64,000 nucleotides of DNA from Tubiluchus corallicola (Eukaryota; Animalia; Priapulida): the NCBI GenBank assembly GCA_030141605.1, contig JAQGDQ010000101.1, forward strand, positions 392,919 through 456,918. Reading direction: 5' to 3'. The notes under the pieces are model-generated. The model saw only the letters and a list, made by a program, of their open reading frames with translations, was not told the DNA's origin and made no database searches. Below are positions 40,001 through 52,363 of this stretch, piece by piece (positions within the stretch are counted from its first letter, which is position 1; each line of letters begins with the position of its first letter). A program made the translations under genes and the position numbers.

Positions 40001-43000
40001 CAAATGTCACATTTAGCAAAATAACTGGCATACACCAATATATATATAAATACTGCTGAACACTAAGCATTAGTGATGGGACATCGACTGCATTTTCATA
40101 ATTGATTAATCGGATACAAAACTGATTTGATAATCAATCATAAGCAGTTTTCCAGGCTATTTTACGAGAAAGTAGATGCACATGAAAACTATGTCTTTGT
40201 GCTTGTTGTGAGAAATCTTCTTGTCTACATAGCGATACCAACAAGCTAAGCTATTACACAAAAGGTGTGCAACATTACTTCATTTTAATGCAGATGGCTA
40301 TACTGTCATGTAGTTTTGTGGAAATTGCAAATAATTTCAGCAGCTGCAAAAATAATCGATGGCCGAAAATCGAAAAGAAAGCCCAAATCATCTATACCTT
40401 GAACTGTGGTTAATTTGCTTCACTGCCTATGTAAAAAAAGTGGTGAAAATAATGTGAGAACAATGGTGACTATGCATACTTTATTATGTAAAGATACTTT
40501 GGTGACGAATTTATTTACATTATAAGCTACTTATAATAAAAATGCTTCTTTGTACGGGCAATTTTGTATGGACATAATTTAAAACGCAAAGCAATAATAA
40601 AATTTGTAAAACAGACCTTTAATGCCGTCACACCAACTCCACCACGTGGATAATTCATGGGTGCTACAAAGCTCCACTGGTCAGATTGCATGTCATAGCG
40701 TTCCACAGCGCTGTAACACTGATTGTCATCTAAACCACCAACAGCATATATTGGACCACCGAGACAGCCAACAGCAATGCCTCTTCTAGGAACACAAAAA
40801 TACTATTACAGTTAAGACATTGCTTAATTAGGAGTCCTTATCAAACTGGATTCCGAATTTCAAAGGCATGTAAGATTTGGACTGTTTTCCATTAACAAAT
40901 CAATCTTCTGTAAATAACTATACAAATGTTCATAGTGTACTGAGAGTAGCTGTTAAGCTGAATTATAATTTTTACCGCTGACTAGCCATTGATGCAAGAG
41001 CTTTCCAACTTCCTGTACAAGGATCAAAAACCTCCGCACTACTAAGATGCTGTTTGCCATCATGACCGCCTATTGCATATAACCTTCCTAAAATGCCGTT
41101 ACAAGAAAAGTTAATATCACTGCAGTTTCATTACTCATGTAGCACTGTTCAAATGGCTAATAAAATCCTAATAAAAGCACAATGTTTGTTTATCAGTTTA
41201 AAATAAAAAAGTTCAGTAATTAACCAGAAGATTGTGGACAGGTCACAGATGAGTGCAGTAAGTAATGACCTCAGGAGGAAGAAATGTAACTGGACTGCAC
41301 ACACGCTGCAGAGAAAAGGTTAAAGGAATTGTTTGGGGGAGATCGACAACATGGAAAAGGACAGTGGAGATAAAGATGTGAAGTATGGGTGGAAAACTTG
41401 AAGGTTTGGAGATGCAAAAGACAGGACGGTTCAGTATTAAGCATGTCTTGATGTAGAAAAAACTAAGACTAAGTAAGTCGGTAAAACTAAGCAAGATATA
41501 AGTTGTAAGATCTACGAAAAGCCAACACCTAACTAAATGGGCCAGAAATTTATAATCCTTATGTTAAAAAACAGAAAGTTCTATTCCTATTTCTTTATTA
41601 TGATTTTCTCAATGTTTGGAACAACAACTTTTTCCCACCTATCTTATCTTCTTCTCATCTTTCTTATACTTCGCACAGACAAGCAATTTTCAGTTGCACA
41701 ACCAAATGTTGCAATATCTGGTATTTATAATCCTTAATGACAAAAAACAGAAAGTCTTCTTCCCATTTCTTTATTGTGTGATTTTCTCAATGTTTGGAAC
41801 ATCAACTTTTTTCTCATCTATCTTATCGTTCTCTCATTTTTTATACTTTGCACAGACAAGAATTTTTAGTTGTATAACCAAAAGTTGCAATATCTGGAAA
41901 TAACTGCAGACATATGTAATTTAAAATTGTACAACTCTATCTGAAGACAATAATTAAGCGTAACAAGATGGCAGTGTCTTATTAAGAGGCACCATTAAAC
42001 ATACAAAAGAAAGATGCCTTTGATACCTTCTTTATAGAGAATTGATGACTAATGCAGAAACTAAAGACCAAAATATAAAGTTTTGAAAGTGAACAGCATG
42101 CAATCACGTCTCAGTACAATCAGCACATTTCTGCTGCCCACTGCTGATTTTGTTTCCTACTACTGCACAAAAATGATTAGACACCGCTCGCAATTATACT
42201 CCTTGCGTGTCAATTGGACTAGCCTTACAAAGAAAGCCAGGAAATATACGAACTGTAAATTGTACAAAATTTGCATGACTAAATGATTGAATCTTTTCAC
42301 GTGAACTGATATTGCTAAAAGTCGTTTCCTGAGATAATGTTTTGTTCTTCATTTGATATGTCGAGCTAGGTATTGTATAGCCCAATAATACATAGTTTAT
42401 CAAAACTATTGGACTCCTCCGATAATAACTAAAGAATTTATTCAGATAAGCCGTCACAGAACTTACAAAATTGCCCTTTCAGTAATCACTGGCTAGTTAT
42501 TGGGTGCGAATCCAACATTTTCGGTGTCTATTTATCTCTTTATGAATTAATAGTGCGCAAATACATGCAACCGCTTCAAGCTCCTTTGCGTCAGTTGCGC
42601 CATTTTAAATTGCATGTCTGCGCAGGGCCTTAACCTAGTTTTGCAGCATCTACACGTTATATCATCTAGATTTTAAATGAATGAGTACGACGTCAGATAA
42701 ATAGCGTCACAAATCTGGTTACGATGAAGAATGAGCGCGACAAAGCTTGGAGTATGACTTTAAATGGATTTTAATAAATACATGAGTTTATCACAATTTT
42801 ATTTTTCGAAACTTTCTAACAATTTCCTCAAATATTAAAATACGTTCAACTTAAGGAGAGACTTGGTTTTTGCTTTAATTAGTATATTGCCAGTTGCAGT
42901 TGGGCAGAAGAGTATGAACTACGATTTATGGCCAAACATTCACATGCTAGTACATGGACTATTTTAAACAAGTTTGTATCTTTTAATAAATAGAATAGTC

Positions 43001-46000
43001 AGCCCAGCTAATGTCATTATAATAATAGCAGCAGCAACATGAATTAAGCCATAGCCTTTGTAAAAAAGTGGCGAGAATTCAATTTTCTCATTATAGAGCC
43101 CTACATATTATTCTGATCAAGTTGACTTAGTTAAACATCAAATGTACAGCTGATTTAGTTAAAGTTTAGAAATTTAATTAATAAGCATAAGGCTAACAGT
43201 CTAGTGTGATCCATATTTCTACCAACTCAAAGAAAAAGTAAAAAATTTGAAACGACGCTAGACCTAAATACACACAGTCTAACTGCCTAAAGTGTAGAAA
43301 AAGCTATGGGAAAAATGAAAAGAAGTTGGTTTAAGTTTAGAACAACATATTTTAGTTGATCACTTATTCACCTCCTGCAGCTACGACACCAACATGTCTT
43401 CTCCGACTGCTCATGTCCGTAACTTTTAACCAAGTATTTTGTCGTTGATCATAACACTCAATTGTCCGAAAAGGATCGCCAGATGCTCCTCGACCACCAA
43501 CACAAAACACTACACCTGCAAAATCAAATGATATGGCATAATAGTTAATGCTGGACTTGGTATAGCATTATTAATAGAAAACAGCACCCAGTCAGGAATG
43601 GCCAATACTGATCATGCAGTTAGCAATCGGGCTCGATCATAGGTGCTTCTCGATTGTCTAACATCGGTAGGGGGAAACGTAAAAAAAATTGGGACACGCT
43701 TAACTCACCAACTGTGTTCAAGAAGTAGATTCAACATACATGTACATAATACTAAATTGTGTTTTTAGTTATTTGTTGAATTGTCTTTAACAATGTTTAA
43801 AGTCAAAGTCTTCTGTTTTCTATTGCAATACGATGATAAATTTCAAATTAGTAAAATGTGAAAGAGCCATGTTTACATCAGCGTAATCCCAAAGGCCACA
43901 GTGGGTGGTTGGGTCATAAAAATTAATTACAGTGTACATTTTGCTTCATATACTAAAATCAAACATGATTTAAAGAGTTTCGATGAACTATTTAAAAATG
44001 ATAACTGATATTTTTGTGAGTTATGAATTTGGTTAATAGGAAGCTGGAAAAAAGTATGTACCCGAGTGGTAGTAATTTCCACTTTTTCTGTTGTTTACTT
44101 TAAACACAGTGAGGCAGCTTCTTGTAACTAGCACTTGCTACATATTTGCTAATTTGCATACAGCACGGTTTAGCTAGTAATTCATGCAGACTAGCATTAA
44201 CATTTTTCTTTAAAAAGAGAAACTACATCTAGGTTATCTTATATTTTTTAGGAAGAAAAACTTTCAGATTTTTTTTCTATGTTCCGTCTAATTCCCAGTA
44301 TTAAACAGTTTATTAATTTCATTGGCCTAATTGTTGTTTCAAAATAAATATCAAGTACATAGATAAAAAAAGAGTATAGAGAAAGAGTGGCAAAAGAAAC
44401 CATACAGATTAGCAAATCGGGCACGCTACGAGTTAATAATAGAAAAATTTCTAGCAACAAATTAAACTGAGGACAAAATCAGCAACTGTCAAATTGAAAA
44501 GATATAACCCTAAAATCATAACCAGCAAACAAGTCAAACTAGTTTTATGTAAGGCATGTGATATCTCAAGCTACAGTAATTTATAAAAGTATCTGGAATA
44601 ATCGGCAATAGGGCATGATCAGATGTCAGTGTTGGGTAGACAGCTAGGGATGCACCAAATATTTGGATTGCAGAATTTTTCCCCGAATATCAGCATAAAA
44701 CTTCCTTGAACGTTCGGTATACTAAACATACTTTTTTAATAATTGTCACATACGAAAAAAAGTACATTACACAAACCGAATATCTGCTTAATACTTACAA
44801 AAAATTATCCTAAAAAAAGCTGACAGTAAACAGCAAATATGATACAGCAACCAACATTTTGCTTTCGGTTTCTGCATGATAACTCGAAGACTGGGATGCG
44901 TCAAAACACAAGTAGCATTAAAACACAATAGCGTGGCGGTGCTGTACTTGCTTATGCATTGCGATATACATGAATGAAAATTCAAGATAGTGGAGAACTA
45001 CAATAATGCTACATTGTAGTTTTGCTCAAACAAAACATGTTGAAGGTTGAAAGTGCAAGACTTGGGGTATGTAATAAATATTTAATACTTTACTACAATA
45101 ACCACTAAATAAAAACACAGATTTAGTTATCAGAACAATTTAACACAGCTCACAATCACCACTAAATTAACACATTTTAAATATTGCAAAGTTTATAATT
45201 CCTTTCAGTTGGAATGTTTCACATTTCCATTAATATTAAAAGAAAATTTGGTTCGCCTTTGGCAAAAAATTTGGTTTGGTTTCGGTTCCGTATTCCAATT
45301 CAACTTGATATTTTATTCTAATTCGGTTCAGTAACATGGCCGATCATTTGGTCAATGCTTCAGTAAGGTGGCACCCAATCATTAAAAATTCGGCTTCGGT
45401 TCCGGTTGATGAAAATATACTCCGTGCATGTCTCCTATAGACAGCAATAATCGGGATTGGAGTCGGATCAGGATTTTCTAAGATCTGCCATCACTGTATC
45501 CATTTCTAGCACTGTATCCTAGCACAAACTAATCTAAAATATGAATTATGAATTGTTTTTTAAGAATTATTACTGTGGAATCTTAATGTCATTGGTTTTT
45601 CATTGTTGCATGCTTGACATCCATTCAAACTTATAGGCAACAGCATCTTCATCTCTGAAATACAGAACTGGCAAGGTTTTTTTCTATAAAAAGTTACAAG
45701 TTTATACCTGCATAGCTTTTTCTGGGTTTTGTCCGAATAGATTTGCGTGGAGTTGAGAGAATGCCAGACAGGTAAAGTTGATAATTCTTTGCTTCGTCTA
45801 AGTAATCTCTGCAGGTAAGGTCTTTTTTCAATAATTCACAAGTATCTACCTATCATAAAAAAACTGAAATGTCTATTAAAGTGCAACATGTTGTTCACTT
45901 GTTGTTATGTTCACTTGATCAAAGTTACAAACTGGATGTTATTAATGTCAATACATAGGTGATACAAATTACAAAATATACTTTATTATATGTTTATAGT

Positions 46001-47513
46001 TTCTCACTTTGTAATGTAGAATAAATCCTCACTTAACGACGCTAATGCATTCCAGTAGAATACAACCTTAAGCAAAATGTCGTTAAATGAAACAAAGACT
46101 TCCATAAAATGTAATGTAAAAGAATTGAGATATGTTCCAGAGGCAAAAATCAATGCTACTTAATTCATATAAATTAAACATTTTATGAGTTTTATTCATA
46201 TTTACCCTGATTAATTTCTTTCTGCTTGCCTGAGACTACTCATCTTTCTTAGCAGTACCTAGCTAGCATTAACGTTGAAGCCCTAGCAATGCAGTTGAAC
46301 ACTGCACAGTAAACGCCAAGCCCTAGTGAGGCATTAAGACAATTTCGTCCAGGTACTGGCTGCTGTAGCAACAGATTGCTCCTTGGCGCCCGCAAATAGA
46401 TTTGCTTTATACAAGTGGCTAGCAGTCAGTTGGGAAGTGAAAATATAAATAATAATTGCATTGTTTGTAGTGCGTTTTTAGAACAGAATAAAGGCAACAG
46501 ATACTGTTTTAATGCTTCAATTTGGGTAAAAATGTTGTTGGTAAAAAAGGCCTCAAGTGAGCAAAGTATAAAAATTGTTGCTAAAATGAAACATGATTCG
46601 TTAAGTGAAAAAAGGTGTGAAATGTTTAGCATCATTAAGACAAAACATCGCCAAACGGGGAGTCATTAAGCAAGAATTGACTGTACCTTTGTATGTTCCC
46701 TGCCCTTCAAAATTGCAGATAATTTAGTAATCTGACTTTGCAAATAAGGTTACTAACATTTATTGTCATTTACTAAACCAGTACTGTAAAAAAATGTTTA
46801 CATACAACTTGCATCAAGTATGCTGCAGGAACTAAAGGCATTCGCACATTTTCCATTACAAGAGACAAAAACTTTTTTCTTGAGTTCACGTCGTGTGACA
46901 CCCAACGCATTACAGCCTCGTAAACTTCTACTTCAGACGATGTGTTTAGGTCATCCGAATGAATGATATGAGATAAGTGAGCTGGTGAAATATTAAGAAA
47001 CTCGTTACTATGAACAACTTTGTGAAAGTTTTCAAATGTGAAGCTATCAGCAGTTGCCACAAGATCTGTATGATTGTGTTGTTCAGCAAATGAACGAATG
47101 CCTAGGCAGTTTGTCGGATGGAGATGATTCTTCATAAAGAGTGCACAGGCAGTGCACACAGCACCCAGTTGAAGTATAGATGAAGCATAAAAAACAGATT
47201 GCACATTATCAACACTGAGAAGAATTCTGCCAGTATAAGCAAACTCGACCAATTTCTCTATTGCTGCTTCGTCTATGTCTTGAATCACAATACATTTTTT
47301 GCTGCATTCCGACATTTGCGAGGTAAACATTGCTAAAAAGTAGCGACTGCAACAGGCAAGTACAACACGATGACATGATATCGTCTTTAGGCCTACTTGC
47401 AGTGATACGTCACATAATTGCTCAGATTTGTAAAATTCATATAATGTCTTAAATGCGTCCTGCCAAAAACTTTTATCTTCATACAAGTAATGTGATGCCT
47501 CGGCGTCAACCAT
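37100..47513 (-). CDS. KLHL8: Kelch-like protein 8 (BTB-BACK-6xKelch, Cullin3 adaptor), ~600 aa, 9 exons
   Basis: Exons: 46806-47513, 45708-45849, 43372-43515, 40976-41087, 40617-40785, 39208-39367, 38546-38747, 37814-37940, 37100-37138; total 1803 nt. BTB motif LCDV..CHRVVLACCSRYFLAMF. KLHL8-typical repeats: FCVGGRGASGDPFRTIECY..SRRRHVGV, GGHDG, RRGIA..LGGPIYAVGGLDD, GGNDG..YDPHL, GGFDDN.PL.SVE, RAGAGVA. Confidence 0.92.
39605..39900 (+). mobile_element. Possible degenerate tRNA-derived SINE
   Basis: B-box-like GGTTCAATCC at ~39680, preceded by a weak A-box-like TGGTTAGTGG. The boundaries are uncertain. Confidence 0.3.
40071..40395. mobile_element. Degenerate hAT-like MITE
   Basis: TAGTGATGGG ... 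CCCAAATCATCTA termini with ATCGA-type subterminal motifs. Confidence 0.35.
41230..41500 (+). mobile_element. RTE-like LINE 3' fragment (degenerate)
   Basis: LRRKKCNWTAHTLQRK..GRSTTWKRTVE..W..AKDR resembles the RTE ORF C-terminus (W.GH..R, GRP..TW, A.DR..W). Confidence 0.5.
41548..41897. repeat. ~175-bp diverged tandem duplication
   Basis: TTTATAATCCTTA...AAAAAACAGAAAG...TTTTCTCAATGTTTGGAAC...GTTGCAATATCTGG occurs twice. Confidence 0.8.
43593..45496. mobile_element. Old hAT-like element (outer host of a nested MITE)
   Basis: CAGGAATGGC ... GCCATCACTG termini, GATC-rich subterminal motifs and a degenerate 8-bp TSD CACCCAGT/TATCCATT. Confidence 0.45.
44645..45437. mobile_element. hAT MITE with perfect 8-bp TSD
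   Basis: TAGACAGC|TAGGGATGCAC ... GTGCATGTCTCCTA|TAGACAGC, with TTCGG/CCGAA subterminal repeats. Confidence 0.8.
46020..46683. mobile_element. pogo/Tigger-like MITE
   Basis: ATCCTCACTTAACGAC ... GTCATTAAGCAAGAATTGACTG|TA. Confidence 0.5.
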
Positions 47514-47659
47514 CGCTAACTTTTTTGTAAATTAAGAACGATTCTCCTTACATTTTCTCACATTTTTCGAGATCAGCAACAAACATCAATACCACAAACC
47601 TTCGCAAAATCGTTGTAATAAATTTTCAATTTCATTTTATTGCACAAACGCACTAGTGT

Positions 47660-48050
47660 ATCATGGTAAAAAGTTACAATTACAAAAAAAATCAAAGTAC
47701 AAGAACAAATAAAAAATATAACAAATACAATTACGCAACGCTGCAAAAACATGAGTTTTACAACTTAATTAATTTCAGTTCAGTTCAATTTATATTTAAG
47801 ACACAAGACTTTTATTTCACACATAACAAGATGTACAGATTGTAGACAGTTGACAAGTAAATGTTTAAATAGTGTGGGAAAAGGGAACGACCATTTCACA
47901 AATACATCATGGAAAAAATCATGAAAAATCTGAGTATCATGGAAAAAATTACAATTAAGAATAAAAAATCAAAGTACAAGAAATACAAAATATAACAAAT
48001 ACAATTATGCAATGTTACAAAAACGTGGGTTTGTACAATTTAGTTGAATA
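47660..48050. repeat. Two copies of an A-rich dispersed repeat (third copy near 62298-62420)
   Basis: CATGG..AAATTACAATT..AATCAAAGTACAAGAA..TATAACAAATACAATTA.GCAA..CAAAAAC at ~47662 and ~47937. A similar sequence follows TTCAATTCAATTC at 62250. Confidence 0.6.
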
Positions 48051-48870
48051 GCCTACTTAAATATAATAAGAAATTATGTGCTGTTATCTAATAATACTTT
48101 ATGCTACAACTACAAAGAATTAGTAAAAACACAAAACCTAAAGAATTAAAATAATCATATTCGAGATTAAATTACATAATCACAGCACAAGGTTTATCCA
48201 GCACTCACAGATTACCACAAGATATAACTGCCTTTTTTATCACTTTCGTTTAAGTAGTTTCCAAAGTGAATAAGGTCTTTTGGGTTTGTACTTAGGAAAA
48301 GCCACATTACTGAGTATAAATTACCTTTTTGTATAGTTTAGATTATATATATCAAAGTAGTGTTTGCACAAAGCGAAACGAAACAATAAAACCACTACTA
48401 TAGTGGATGTTACATTCTCAGGGTCTCTGTCAAAAGCAGGCAATGCAAAATAATGGAACTGTGATTTTACAGCAACTGTTCGCGTGTTTGAGCTTATAAT
48501 AGTAATAAATAGCTTTCTTTGTAAACAAAAAAGAGGCGAAAAATAATTATCCAAAAAAAATGTTATCACAATAGGCAGTTCAGGCGGTTAGCAAATGCCT
48601 CTCTACCACAATAATTATGATAGTAGGCTAAAAGGACAAAGAAAAGTATAACTACTAATAGCGAGGCATCAGTAATAATAGCTAATACAGTAACGTTCAC
48701 AGTAACACTTTTTTGTTAAAATTTGTCAACTAATCTGCTCTCAAAGGATTTTTGTGCAGGTCGTTAGCTGTTACCACATAATTACTGAATATAGTAGTCC
48801 TTACTTCAAAAGTTGTAAGAGTACTAGCATATAAGAATGCCTTCAACGCACTCCCTCAGTGCATGTTTAA

Positions 48871-48930
48871 ATACCATACCATACCGTACCGTACAGTGCC
48901 GTGCCGTGCCGTACCGTACCATACCATACC
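48871..48930. repeat. Pentamer microsatellite (ATACC/GTACC/GTGCC), 3' tail of the CR1
   Basis: 12 five-bp units directly adjoining the LINE 3' end. Confidence 0.85.
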
Positions 48931-50540
48931 ACCACTCTTAAAATATAAGAGTGGTAGAGGTTAATCGAGCAAGCTCATTGTAACCCCCATATTTCGTATC
49001 TAAGTATCTATCCAGCTTGTTCTTGAACTTGTTCAGTGAAGAAGCTTTAGCAATTTCAGACGGGAGTTGATTCCACTCTGTAACCACTCTTTCTGTGAAA
49101 AAATATTTTCTTCAATTCAATTTAGCTCTGTATTTAAAATTTTTTAGAGAATGCCCCTGGTTCTGCCATGACTTACCTGTGTAAACATTTTTTTTCTTTC
49201 AATGCCACCTAACCAATGCATAATTTTATACGTTTGTATCAAATCTCCTCTATGTCTCCTCAACTCTAAGGTTGTAAGTGAACATTTTCTAAGCCTCTCT
49301 TGACCTGACATTTCCTCCATACCTTCAATCATGCTGGTCACCTTATGTTGCACACCCTCTAGAAGCTTAATGTCTTTTCTATAGTGGGGATTCCAAGCTT
49401 GTACACAATACTCTAATTTAGGTCTTACCAAGCTTTTGTACAATTTCATGATTGTCGTGATGTCTCTAGATGCAAACTGTCTCTTTATCATTCCTAATGT
49501 TTGATTAGCACTCTTCACCACATCAGCACACTGGCTTGCAGATTTCAAGTCATCAGTTACTGTCACACTCAAATCCTTTTCTTGTCCGATGGATGCCAAA
49601 TGTACTCCATTCATGTAATACTGTTTACCAGGGTTGTTGTATCCAAAGTGCATGACCTTGCATTTATCGACATTAAAAATCATCTGCCAATCCACATTCC
49701 ACCAGCATAACTCATCTAAATCACTTTGCAACTCACTAGCTTCATGTCCATATGGTACCCCCTCTATAAATTTTTGTGTCATTTGCAATTTTGATCAAAT
49801 TACTGTGCACAGATGCCTCAATATCATTGATGAAAATTACAAAAAGTAGTGGACCGAGAACAGACCCCTGTGGAACACCACTCTTGCCCTCTAGAAATGA
49901 TGACATGTGTTCATCAATAACTACTCTTTGTTTCCGCCCAGTCAACCAACACTTAATCCATTTGTCAACTGCCCCCGATAATGGTATACCATGTGCAGCA
50001 AGCTTCTTTAAAAGCCTTAGATGTGGTACTTTATCAAAGGCTTTGGCAAAGTCTAAGTAAATAGCATCAAGTGGCTTACCTTCATCGATGGCCAATGTAG
50101 CCTTGTATAAATCCATGTTGCAAGTCTCCTGCCAAAACTTGTTGTTCTAAGATTTAGAATCTAAATGTCCTACTATTCTTTCTTCCAACAGTTTCTCAAA
50201 TAACTTTACAGATCTGTGACATTAGGGATATTGGACGATAATTACTAGCAAAAATCTTACTTCCCTTTTGAATATTGGAGTCACATTGGCACATTTCCAA
50301 TCAGTAGGCACTGCTCCTAAATGTAAGCTCAAACTAAACAGCAAATACAGTGGTCTCGCCAAACACTCTCTCAAGAGTATATTTGTAGCAAAACCATCAG
50401 GTCCAGTGGCTTTATTCTTTTTAAGTCTACCTAACTCCAACATGACCCTTTCCTCAGTCACTGCACAATCTCGTAATAAAAACTCCCCGGACCCTCTGCA
50501 AATTTGCAGCGGCACTGGCACGTGATTAACATCCTCATCA
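48871..50540 (-). mobile_element. 5'-truncated, inactivated CR1-clade LINE (reverse transcriptase remnant)
   Basis: Motifs KATGPDG, DWKCANVTPIFK, DAIYLDFAKAFDKVPH, GVPQGSVLGPLLFVIFINDI, IANDTKIY (catalytic FADD mutated), FNVDKCKVMHFG, LYKSLVRPKLEYCVQAW and LELRRHRGDLI lie in frameshifted ORFs 50222-50521, 49742-50116 and 49144-49788. A 3' hairpin and pentamer tail follow. Confidence 0.93.
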
Positions 50541-52363
50541 GTATATTTTTACTCATAACACTGTTCAACAAATGGTTTAGGACTTCACCAAGGCTTGAAA
50601 CTCAATTTCGCAGACGTGATTTGTACTGACTCCTGAATAATTTCCCATGTAAATCGACAAGTTTTAGTCCTGAACATTAGTGCTTTGTATTCAGCAACAG
50701 GTAAGTCACAATGCTCGGCTGGCTTCACTGCAACGGTCACTCAAAATGGCAATGAAAACGTCTTGAACTGCTTGTTGAGGTTTCGCTGCTATTATTGCTT
50801 TCGGTTCCTCATATGGTAACGTACAGTACACAATAAATTTGCTAATACACAAAATTGACTCTTGGCAATTATTAGACTTGGATAAATAAAAATTATCACA
50901 ACAAACCTGTAACTCGTTTAACTTTAGTACGGATCTTGCCAACTCAAACTTGTCGTTATATCGTTTGCAACTCTTAAGTTATTCGTGTGCTCTTATACAA
51001 TGTACTGTAGTCGAGTAAATAGCAACGTGAATTTTTATTTCTTTTAATTCACAACCCAGACAAATAATTATGCAGATAAACTCTGACTGTTTTATTATCT
51101 ATGACTTGGGTTTTTACATTGAGCTAATAACTTGTACTGGTACACTTAACGTTAACCGTGTATCTAACACTAATCATTATTAAATAAATTGCTGATTATT
51201 CACTTTGTACAAAAGGTAATGTCGCAATAGTCGTATAACAATACATTTACATACAAACACAGGTATAATTTACATGTGCATTTCTTTATATCACAGAATA
51301 AAATAATCATTCTCCAATACATTAAATCTAAGAAATTTAATATTATGCAACGACTGCCAATGAAACAATCCCAAAACGTCTGTAAATGGCATTAGCAAAA
51401 AATGATATAGCAACATTCTGCACAACACTGAATCATTCAAATTAGACATGATTTTTACATACAAAAGTTAATAAAGATATTCTGGCAAATGTCAACATGG
51501 GAAGGAAATCTCATTCTTTAGCACCCAATAGCTGATACTATAAATTATAGCATACAATGGTCTTGACACAGTAAAAAGCACTTTGAATGAAGTGTATTAA
51601 AGGAAAACAGGACCCAATTTTAAAGCAAGTGATTTATTATAATTACAAAATATTGAAAGGGAAAATAATCAAAGTATTGTTTTTTAAGAATGAGGTCAAT
51701 TGTATTTCAATTTCAATTTTTGCTTACACAAACATGCCCACGAAATATTTCTCCATTAAAAATTACATTCAAATGTGACGCCATCGTTAGCTATGTCGTT
51801 ACCAATAATTAGTAAGATAACGTTCCACCAAAATGAAAATAATAGGGTAATTTTAAATGTTTCCAACATAAATTCTATTCATTGCTCATTAAGACATAAT
51901 GTAGTAATCAAAGTTACTCTGCGAGAATGTTTACAAAGTGACGTGCACTATGTAGTACAATAGTCAATCAATAAACAATGCTTATTCAAGATCTATGGTC
52001 TGCATAAAGCACATTTTACCTCCACAGCAGAATATTATGAAACCCAGCACTAATGGTATTAGCTGTTTTAGCACTCATGTGGTACTATTATGATTACATC
52101 GTTACAGTCAAATGATTACTGATTTTAAGGCTTACATGGTTGTGTGCCAAATGTTAGTGTTGTTAGCAAACATTCCAAAGGTCTGGGATTTTATAAATCC
52201 GAGAAGATTATAAAGAACAAATTACAAACACATAACTCATGTTAGAAGCTGCCCAATTTGAAAATGTGATTTATGAGACAAAAGCAGCAAATGAGAGTTT
52301 CACTTCAACATTGTTAAGATATCGAGAGTGATTATAGGCAATTATTTGTGTGTAACTTCATAA

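Noticed and set aside
49144-50521. Active or domesticated reverse transcriptase
   Set aside because: Several frameshifts, the catalytic motif is changed to IAND, and the endonuclease domain is missing.
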